Shown here: positions 56,141 through 64,000 of the stretch, piece by piece
Position numbering within the stretch: position 1 is the first letter of the stretch
Layout: each line of letters begins with the position of its first letter
Assembly: GCA_965240325.2 (NCBI GenBank)
Contig: OZ251224.1
Location: 4,340,001-4,404,000, forward strand
Length of the DNA stretch: 64,000 bases
Direction of reading: 5' to 3'
Origin: Rebecca billardiae RCC1528
Lineage: Eukaryota > Protista > Haptophyta
The notes under the pieces: generated by a model
The model's database searches: none
Seen by the model: only the letters and a program-made list of their open reading frames with translations
Told to the model about the DNA's origin: nothing
Made by a program: the position numbers and the translations under genes

Positions 56141-56740
56141 CGCTGGCGACGACGACGAGAGGGCAGGCGCCGGGCGTGGACTTCGTCAACGCGATGAATC
56201 AGCGCATCAGCTGCTTGATCTCGCGTTGCGAGGTGTAATTACGTCGTGGCCCGAGCAGTGAATTCGGGGCCTGCTGCTAATGTTTCCAGCGCGGCTTGAT
56301 GATAATCGCCGCGATTCCGGGCGGTGTCCGGTGCCGAACGGCCGCTCGGCACCGTGTGGACCCGTTGGCGCAGGCCGTTCGGCGTTCAAGTTCAACTACT
56401 TTGCCACAATCATGCCACTTGGCGACCGGTTGGCGACTGCCGTGCCGCTGCCGCTAGTCGCTGGACGCCGTCGTCACAGGCACCGGCACAGGAGCACAGT
56501 CTGTGCGTGATGACGGCCGATGGCGGCGAGCTGGCCGGCGGCGTGTCCAGCCTCTTCACCACGCCAGCCCATCCAGCGCTGCGCCAGTCCCGCGTGCGGG
56601 CCCTGGGCGCGAGTGCTGCCCGCTGGCCAGGGTCACGCGTGCGCAGGTCGCAGCCTCACGGGGCGGCCTCAGGCTCAGGGTCAGTGTGAGTGTCAGTGTG
56701 AGTGTCAGTCAGCGCAGCCTGGCAGGGCCGCGGCACGGCC

Positions 56741-58833
56741 TCAGAGCAGCAGCGACTTGAGGTACGCGCGCAGCTCCACGCTCTGCGGCACGGCAGCCGG
56801 AGCGGTAGGGGAGGGGCGGGGAGACGCACGCGCCGAGACGCTGAGCACGCACCCCGCACGCGCAGCGGCGCGCGCAGCGGCACGCGCAGCGCTCGGCGGC
56901 GCGTGCCGCGGCGCGTGTGTGCGCGCTGGGTGCGCACACGTTCATCTTGGAGCCGAGCAGCACGGCGGAGCGGCCCTCCACCAGCTTGAGCCGGCGCAGC
57001 TGGTCGCGCACCTCGTCTGCACGCGGCGGGGACGGCGGCCGGGCGGACGGGGCACGCGCGGCGCGCGCAAGGCCCAGGGCGCAGGCAGGGGCGGGCGGGC
57101 GGAGGCGGCGGCAGCGGTTGGCTCGACGACAGCGCACGCGCCGCACACCGGGGGCGCGCGAGGCGCGGGGCAGGCGGCGGGCGGCGCGATGGGCGCGCGC
57201 GTCACGCACCGCGCGTGCGCAGCGCGTCCACCTCCTCCGCCGAGCCCACGCGGCGCAGGCCGCGCAGCCGCTCGAGCTCAGCAGCCGCGCCGCCCCCCTG
57301 CGGCCGCGCTCGCGCGCCGGGCGGCGCGCGCTGCCGGCCGGGCGCGCGCGCTCGGCTGCCGCGCGGCGCGGAGCCGCGAGCGGCGCGCGAGCGCGCCGAC
57401 TTGGGCGCGGGCGCTGCGGGCTCCGACTCGTCCGCCGCGCCGAGCGGCGCGGTGGGGGGCGGCCGTGCGAACGTCCCGTCCTCCTCCTCCTCCTCCTCCT
57501 CCTCCTCCTGCTGCTGCTGCTGCTGCTGAGCAGCAGGGGCGGCAGCGGCAGCAGCAGGGGCGGCAGCGGCCTCTGACGCGGCCTCTGAAGGGGCACCGGC
57601 CGAGGCGGGTGTGCCCGCCGCCGCGCCGCGCGCCGCCCCGCCCCCGCCCCGCGCCCCGCCCGCCGCCTCCGCCGCCTCGAGCTTCGCCTCCGCCGCCTCG
57701 AGCTGTGCCCGCAGCCCCGCGGCCGCCTGCGCGGCAATGTCTCGCTCCCTCTGCGCGCACCCCAGCGCCTCGTCCTGCTGCGCGGAGGCGGAGGCGTAGG
57801 AGGAGACGGCGGACTCGGCCTCGGCGCGCGCGCGCGCCTCGGCGGCGCGCGCGGCCTCCGCCTCGGCGCGCAGGCCGCCCAGCTCCGCCTCCGCCGCGCT
57901 CGCCCGCGCCTCGGCCGCCTGCAGCGACGCGGCGGCCGCGTCGGTGGCCGCCGCCGCCTCGGCCGCCGCCGCCGCCGCGTGCGGCGCCGCCTCGGCCGCG
58001 GCGGCCTCGGCGGCGGCGCAGCGCTTCTGCGCGTCGGCGGCCATGGCCTCCGCCTCCACCGCGCGCGCCTCCGCCACCGCGGCCCGCTCGTCCGCCTTCG
58101 CCGCCTTCGCCGCCGCCTCCGCCGCCTCCGCGGCCGCGGCCGCGTGCCGCGCGCCCGCCGCCTCGGCCGCGGCGACGCGCGCGCCGAGCGCCGCGGCGCT
58201 GGCCTCGGCCTCGGTCGCGCGCGCGCGCGCCTCGGCCGCGCGCGCCTCCGCCTCCGCCTCCGCGCGCCGCGCGCCCTCCTCCGCCGCCGCGTGCTCGCCC
58301 AGCGCGCCGCGCAGCTCGTCGAGGTGCGCGCGCAGCTTGGCCAGCTGGGCCTCGAGGGACGAGCAGCGCTCGGCCGAGCGCGCGAGCTGCGCGCGGAGCT
58401 CGGCGCCGCCGGCCTCCGCGCTCTCGGAGGCGCGCGCGAGCGCGGACTCCGCCGCCTCCGCGCGCGCGCGCGCCGCGCCCAGCTCGCGCTCGAACCGCGC
58501 GACGGTCGACTCGGCCGCGCGCGCGCGCGCGCCGAGCGCGGACGCCTCGCTCGCGTTCAGCGCGCCGGGCTCGGCGCCGGACTGGGAGGTGACGAGCGCG
58601 GCGAGGGGCAGCGCCGCGCCCGCCGCCGCCGCGGCGAGCAGCGACGCCGCCTCGGCGCCCGCGACCATGTGCACCGCCGGCAGCGCGCCGTGCCGCGCGG
58701 GCACGCACGCGCGGGCCAGCCGTGTGCGCCCGCGCGCGCACACCGGCGCGGCGCGCGAGCTCTCGGCGCGGCGCGCGAGCAGCGCGAGCAGCGCGAGCAG
58801 CGCGAGCCGCGAGCCGCCGCGCACGGGCCGCAT
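56741..58833 (-). CDS. Ala/Glu-rich coiled-coil protein with signal peptide and small helical C-terminal domain; introns 57017-57209 and 56783-56939
   Basis: RLALLALLALLARRAES leader; long AEA heptads; two GT-AG introns join ...ALRTR|DEVRDQLRR...SKMN|SVELRAYLKSLLL*. Confidence 0.7.
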
Positions 58834-59134
58834 CTGCGCGCGCCTCGAGGCTCGCCCGCGGGGCCGAGGCTCGTCGGGCCGACCGGCCGTCTCGACCGCC
58901 GCGTCGGCAGCGCGTGCGCTCGTCGGCGTGCGTCGCGACCCTCAACTCTGCAACTCGTCACAGGCGAAAGCCGCGCCAGTGGCGGGAGCCCCGGACACGC
59001 GGGCCCGGGCGGGGGCGCGGGGCCGTCTGCCAACCGAGTGCCAACGGACGGCGAAGAGCTTCAAGCATGGCGGAGTGTGGCGGACGGCATGCACCGTCAA
59101 TCATGGCAAGCGGTTTCAAGCGAGTGGTGGTCAT

Positions 59135-62100
59135 CTAGAGCCACGAGGCAGGCGGCGTGGTCAGCCCCCCGGCCGACGCCGCCAGCGGCACGACCGCCAT
59201 CTGCGGCGCGCCCTCGCCCTCGAGCAGCCGCGCGAGCGCGCCGACCAGCTCGTCGTCAGTCGGGTAGCGGCGCGCGTGCAGCCGCGAGAAGAGCAGCACG
59301 CTGCTGCGACCGCCGCCGCCGCCGCCGCCCAGGAGGTCGGCGCCGTCCGCGCCGTCGCTATCGGGCCCCTCGCCACCCTCCTCCTCCTCCTCCTCCTCCT
59401 CCTCCTCCGCCGCCGCCTGCTCCCCTCCGGACTGTGCGCGCGCGCACACCCAGAGCAGCTCGAACGCACCGGCGCACGCGCTGCCCGGCACGGCGCGCGC
59501 GCGCAGGCCCGCCCAGCGCGCGCGCAGCGTGCGCACGGCCGCGTCGGCGTGCTCCGCCGGCGTGCGCGCCGCGCGCGACGGGGGCAGCCGCTCCGCCGCG
59601 CCCAGCGCCGCCGCCGTCTCGCAGTACAGCAGACAGACGCGGCCGCGCAGCCGCGCGCACAGCACGGCGCTCAGCGCGGCGTGCGCGCGCCACTGCCCGC
59701 GCGCGAGCGCGGCGCCGAGGGCGGTCGCGCCGTCGGGGCCGCGCGCGAGCAGCGCGCCGCGCGGCGCGGCGGCGGCGACGGCCTCGACCACCTCCGCCGA
59801 GCCGCCCTCCGCCGCCGCGCGCAGCAGCCGCGCGTGCGCGCCCGCGTGCGCGCCGCGCGCCGCGCCGTCGCCGCCGAGCGCGCCGAGCGCTGCGAGCGCG
59901 GCGCGCACCGCGCCGGCCGCGCCCAGCGTGGCGGCGCGCGCGCCGAGCTCGAGCAGGGCGGCGGCGTCGGGCTCGGCCGCGCCCGCGCCCGCGCCCGCCG
60001 CGCCGGGGCCCGCGCCGCCCGCGGCCGCGGCCGCGCCCCCTCCGCGCAGCTGCAGCTGCAGCGCCAGCGCGCACGCCAGCCTGCCCGCGCGCAGCGCGCT
60101 GTCGACCGCACCCTCCGCCTCGGCCGCGGCGGCCTCGGGCGCGGCCGGCACGGCGGCGGGCGCGTGCGCACGCGCGCGCAGCAGCTCGAGCGCGAGCTGC
60201 GCGTGGCCGGCCGCCGCGGCGAGCTGCGCCGCCGAGCGTCTGCGCGCGTCGGTTGCGCCCGCGTCCGCGCGCGCCTGGAGGAGCGCGCGCGCGCACTCCG
60301 CCTCGCCCGCGGCCGCGGCGCAGAGCAGCGGGGTGGCGCCCGCGCTGTCGCGCGCGCCCAGCTGCGCGGCCAGCGCGCCCTCGCCCGCGGCGCGCGCCGC
60401 GTCGAGCAGCACGCCGACGAGCTGCGCGCCGCCGGCCGTGCCCGCGGCGAGCGCGAGCGCGCTCGCGCCGCGCGCGTCCGCGGCGCTCGGGTCGGCGCGC
60501 GCGCCGAGCAGCGCGCGCGCCGCGCCGGCCGCCTCGTCGGCCGAGCGCGTTGCGCCGAGCGCGGCGCACATGAGCGCGGTGCGCGCCGCGGGCGTGCGCG
60601 TGCGCCCGTCCGGCTCGATGCGCGCCGCCGCGCCCGGCGGCGGCAGCAGCGCGAACGGCGGCGCGCCGGCGCGCTGCGGCGCGGCGTGCGCCGCCGCCTC
60701 GTCCGCGGCCGTCCACGCGCGCGCGGCCACGCTGATCGTGAGCGCGCCGATCTCGGCCTCGAAGTCCTGGTCGCGCAGAGGCACGCGCGCGGCGCTGAGG
60801 GGCAGCAGCGCCGGCGTGAGGCACAGCCCAACCTCCTTCGAGCGGCCGTCCTCGTCCACGCCCACGAGGTACAGCTCGAGCTGCGACTCGAGCTGCGACT
60901 CGAGCGCGGACGATGGCTCGGACGATGGCGCGGACGGCTGCACGCCGCCTGCGGCCGCCGCTGCGCCGTCGGCCGCCGCCCCCTCGGGCGGGCCGAGGGC
61001 TGCTGCTGCCTCGCGCGCGCCCAGCTCGATGGGCGCGCCCCGCACGGACAGGCCCACGCCCTCCCACACGCTGGCGCGCGGAGGGACGGCGCCGCCCGCC
61101 GGCGGGGCGGGCGGGTCGGCGGGCGGCGGGAGGGGCGGCGGGATGGGGTGCGGGAGGGGCAGCGTGTCGGAGCGCACACGCCCCTCGTCCGCCTCCGCCT
61201 CCGCCTCGCCCGGCAGGTCGAGCTCGAGGCGCAGCGCGCAGATCGGGCCGAGCACCGCGCGCCCGCTGCGGTCGGGCGGCGGCTGCAGCGCCGACACGGC
61301 CGCGCTCAGCTCCAGCGTGTGCACGCTCACGCTGAGGCGCACACGCACGGACGCGGCCGCGGCGCCGGCCCGCTGCGGCGCGCGCGGCTGCGGCGGCGCG
61401 TGCTGCAGCAGCAGCGACACGCACGCGGCCGAGGGCGCGAGGGCCGCGTGCTGCAGCGCGCTGAGCCCCGTGCGGCCGCCGTACGCGCACGCCCACGACC
61501 GCTCGGGCCACGCGCGCAGCAGCGCGGCCGCGGCCTCCGCGCCGCCCGCTGCGCACGCGGCGTGCAGCGCGCTCGCGGGCAGCGCGTGCTCCGACACCGC
61601 GCCGTGCAGCCCGGCGCGCACCGCCGCGGCGTCGGGCGGCGCGACGTGCTGACACAGCGCGTCCGCCAGCAGCTGCGTGGCGGCGGCGTGCGCGCTCGCC
61701 GCCGCGCACACGAGCGCGCCGCGCAGCGCCTGCGCCTGCGCCGAGCCGTGCGCGTGCGCGTGCGCGGACGAGCCGCCGTCGTCCGCCGCGCCGGGCGCGG
61801 CCGCCGCCGCGCCGGGCGCGGCCGCCGCGGCCGCGTCGTGCGCGCGCGGCAGCAGGCGCGCGTGCCCTAGCAGCGTGCGCAGCAGCTCGGCGGACGCGTC
61901 GTCCGAGCGCGCCGCGGCCGCGCTGAGCGCGCCCTCCCCGCCCGCGCCGCACGCGAGCACGGCCGCGGCCGCGCCGCCGCCCAGGTGCTGCAGCAGCGCA
62001 CCGACGCAGCGCGCGGACGCGTCCACGCGCGAGCGCGCGTCCGCGCGCCCGAGCTCGCGCGCGCGCGCGGCGCACACGTCGGCAAAGTCGGGGAGCCGCG

Positions 62101-64000
62101 GGGGCGTGGCGTTGCTCGCCGCGCCCTCCGCGCGCGGCGCGCCCGCGTCGCCGTCGGCGGTGGCAGCAGCGGCGGCGGCGCCGTCGGCGCCGCGCTGCGC
62201 CTCCGCGGCCGCTCCGTACCACCCCGCGGACCCCGCGGACCACTCGGCGCTGCCGCGCGCGCCCAGCGGCGGCGGCAGCGGCCCGGCCTCGCCGTGCAGG
62301 CGCGCGAGCGCGTGGTACAGCGCGCCCCGCCCGCGCGCGTCCGCGCCGTCCGCGTGCGCGCGCGCCGCGAGCAGCAGCTGCACGCACTCGGCGCTGCGAG
62401 CGCGCGCGGCGTGGTGCAGCGCGCTCAGGCCGGCGCTGTCGCGCGCGCGCACGGCGCGCAGCGCGGCGCCGCCGTCCGCGGCGCCGCCGTCCGCGCCGGA
62501 CAGCGCGCCGAGCAGCGCGCGCACCGCCTCGGCGCGCCCCGCGGCCGCGGCGTAGCTCAGCGGCGCTCGGCCGTGCGCGTCCGCGGCGCCGTCGCCCGCG
62601 GGCGGCGCGCCGCGCTGCAGCAGCAGCAGCACGCTGCCGCCGTCCGCGCGCGCGGCCGCGGCGCAGAGCGGCGTGAGGCCCGAGGGCACGCAGCGCAAGC
62701 GCAGCGCGTCGTCGAGCGCGCTCGGCGGCGCACCCGAGCCCGCCCCCGCGCCCCGCTGCGCCGCGCCCTGCGGCAGCTGCTGCGGCAGCTGCTGCGGCAG
62801 CATGGCCGCCAGCAGCGCGCCGCTCAGCGCGGGTGCGCGCACACACGCCGCCAGTGCGAGCGGAGACGCGCTGCACCCGTCGGCTGCTCCGCCGAGGTCG
62901 AGCAGCGCGCGCGGGCCCGCCGCGCCGAGGAGCAGGCGCACGATGGCGCCGAGCGCGCTGCCGAGCTCAGCGGGCGGCGCTGGGGCTCGCGCCGCGCCGC
63001 CGCCCTCCGCGTCCGCGTCCGCGTCCGCGTCCGCCGCCTCCGCCTCCGCCGCCTCCGCCGCCTCGTGTGCGGCCAGGCAGCACAGCTGCAGCGGGCTCTC
63101 GCGGCCGGGCGTGCGCGCGCGCGCGCGCGCGAGCGCCGCCGCGCCGCCCGGCCCGCCGCCCGCCGCCGCCGCGTCGAGCAGCAGCGCGAGCGCCGCGCCG
63201 TCGAGCGGCCAGCGCGGCGCGCCGTGCGCGGTGCGGTGCAGGCACGCGTGCACGGCGCCCCAGCCCGCGCGGTCGGTGGCGGCCGCGTCCGCGCGCGCGC
63301 GCAGCAGCGCGCGCACCACCTCGGCGCGCGCGCCCGCCGCGTCGGCGCGCGCGCCCACCGGCGAGGTGAGCGCGGCGTGCAGCGGCGTGCCCCCGTCCGC
63401 GCCCGCCCTCGCGTTCACGTGCGCGCGCGCGCCCAGCAGCGCCGCCACCACCGCGCCGTCCGCGCCGTACGCGGCCTTGTGCAGCGCCGTGTCGCGCAGG
63501 TCGGGGTCGACGGCGGAGGGGTCGGCGCGCGCGGCGCAGAGGAGGCGGACGCACTCGTCGCGCGGCTCGCACGCCGCCTTCTCCGACGTCGCCGCGAGGT
63601 GCACCAGCGGCGTGCCGTCCGCCGCGCGCAGCCGCGCCGCCTCCGCGCGCGGCACGCCCGCGGCCTCGCACGCGCGCAGCAGCACGGCGAGCTGCTCCGC
63701 GGACACCACGCCCTCGCTGTCGCTCAGCGCGCCGACGAGCGCGGCGCGCGCGGACGCGGCGGACTGCGCGGCGTCGGCGCGCGCCGCGCGCGCGGACGCG
63801 CTCGAGCGCGGCGACGGCGGCGCCGCGCGGCCGCGCGCGCTCGGCGGGCGCGCGGCGCGCGCGGCCGCGGCCGACCTCGCAGCCGCCTGCGCGGCGCTCG
63901 GCGGCCGCGCGGCGCCGCGCGCACCGGCGGCACTCGTCGGGCCGGCCGGCGGCTCGGGGTGCGGCACCGGCGCCGCTGCCGCCGCCTCGCTCGGCGCCGC
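59135..64000 (-). CDS. Large ankyrin-repeat protein, 5' end probably beyond the window
   Basis: Many ANK motifs (GTPLVHLAA, DTALHKAA, GTPLHAAL, GLTPLCAAA, GLSALHHAA, GATPLLCAAA, LLQARADA); the frame stays open to the window edge. Confidence 0.88.
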   Translation of the reverse strand, partial: AAPSEAAAAAPVPHPEPPAGPTSAAGARGAARPPSAAQAAARSAAAARAARPPSARGRAAPPSPRSSASARAARADAAQSAASARAALVGALSDSEGVVSAEQLAVLLRACEAAGVPRAEAARLRAADGTPLVHLAATSEKAACEPRDECVRLLCAARADPSAVDPDLRDTALHKAAYGADGAVVAALLGARAHVNARAGADGGTPLHAALTSPVGARADAAGARAEVVRALLRARADAAATDRAGWGAVHACLHRTAHGAPRWPLDGAALALLLDAAAAGGGPGGAAALARARARTPGRESPLQLCCLAAHEAAEAAEAEAADADADADAEGGGAARAPAPPAELGSALGAIVRLLLGAAGPRALLDLGGAADGCSASPLALAACVRAPALSGALLAAMLPQQLPQQLPQGAAQRGAGAGSGAPPSALDDALRLRCVPSGLTPLCAAAARADGGSVLLLLQRGAPPAGDGAADAHGRAPLSYAAAAGRAEAVRALLGALSGADGGAADGGAALRAVRARDSAGLSALHHAARARSAECVQLLLAARAHADGADARGRGALYHALARLHGEAGPLPPPLGARGSAEWSAGSAGWYGAAAEAQRGADGAAAAAATADGDAGAPRAEGAASNATPPRLPDFADVCAARARELGRADARSRVDASARCVGALLQHLGGGAAAAVLACGAGGEGALSAAAARSDDASAELLRTLLGHARLLPRAHDAAAAAAPGAAAAAPGAADDGGSSAHAHAHGSAQAQALRGALVCAAASAHAAATQLLADALCQHVAPPDAAAVRAGLHGAVSEHALPASALHAACAAGGAEAAAALLRAWPERSWACAYGGRTGLSALQHAALAPSAACVSLLLQHAPPQPRAPQRAGAAAASVRVRLSVSVHTLELSAAVSALQPPPDRSGRAVLGPICALRLELDLPGEAEAEADEGRVRSDTLPLPHPIPPPLPPPADPPAPPAGGAVPPRASVWEGVGLSVRGAPIELGAREAAAALGPPEGAAADGAAAAAGGVQPSAPSSEPSSALESQLESQLELYLVGVDEDGRSKEVGLCLTPALLPLSAARVPLRDQDFEAEIGALTISVAARAWTAADEAAAHAAPQRAGAPPFALLPPPGAAARIEPDGRTRTPAARTALMCAALGATRSADEAAGAARALLGARADPSAADARGASALALAAGTAGGAQLVGVLLDAARAAGEGALAAQLGARDSAGATPLLCAAAAGEAECARALLQARADAGATDARRRSAAQLAAAAGHAQLALELLRARAHAPAAVPAAPEAAAAEAEGAVDSALRAGRLACALALQLQLRGGGAAAAAGGAGPGAAGAGAGAAEPDAAALLELGARAATLGAAGAVRAALAALGALGGDGAARGAHAGAHARLLRAAAEGGSAEVVEAVAAAAPRGALLARGPDGATALGAALARGQWRAHAALSAVLCARLRGRVCLLYCETAAALGAAERLPPSRAARTPAEHADAAVRTLRARWAGLRARAVPGSACAGAFELLWVCARAQSGGEQAAAEEEEEEEEEEGGEGPDSDGADGADLLGGGGGGGRSSVLLFSRLHARRYPTDDELVGALARLLEGEGAPQMAVVPLAASAGGLTTPPASWL

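Overview
Gene-dense, very GC-rich eukaryotic nuclear DNA. The short CG-rich GT-AG introns, signal-plus-transit-peptide-like leaders and flagellar gene suggest a complex-plastid alga, most likely a Pavlovales-type haptophyte (inference). About 22 protein-coding genes can be supported: a SelU/PRXL2-like redoxin, TEY MAPK, VTI1 SNARE, ARM/IQ protein, NDP-glucose 4,6-dehydratase, cyclophilin, a U-box-like/dynamin/LRR fusion, a Vps39/TGFBRAP1-like protein, two sulfotransferase-like proteins, CCDC146/MBO2, a homeobox factor, an FAD monooxygenase, an alpha/beta hydrolase, a SAMTOR/BMT2-like protein, an ERI1-like pseudo-nuclease, a CIA30 protein, an inorganic pyrophosphatase, trehalose-6-phosphate synthase, an atypical SDR, a coiled-coil protein, and a giant ankyrin protein that probably extends past the right edge. 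Highlights not visible in the ORF track: (1) two 'separate' ORFs at 2351-3031 form one selenoprotein (UxxC, in-frame UGA) with a non-canonical SECIS-like hairpin in its 3' UTR; (2) a 1.3-kb TIR/TSD-bounded DNA transposon at 417-1738; (3) an intronless U-box-like/dynamin(Mx-like)/LRR protein and an ankyrin protein with a possible C2 domain and TIR/SEFIR-like tail, both candidate innate-immunity architectures; (4) introns with GTGCG donors and self-complementary ends; (5) a structured 375-bp tandem duplication. Domain calls come from motif recognition by eye, not from database searches.
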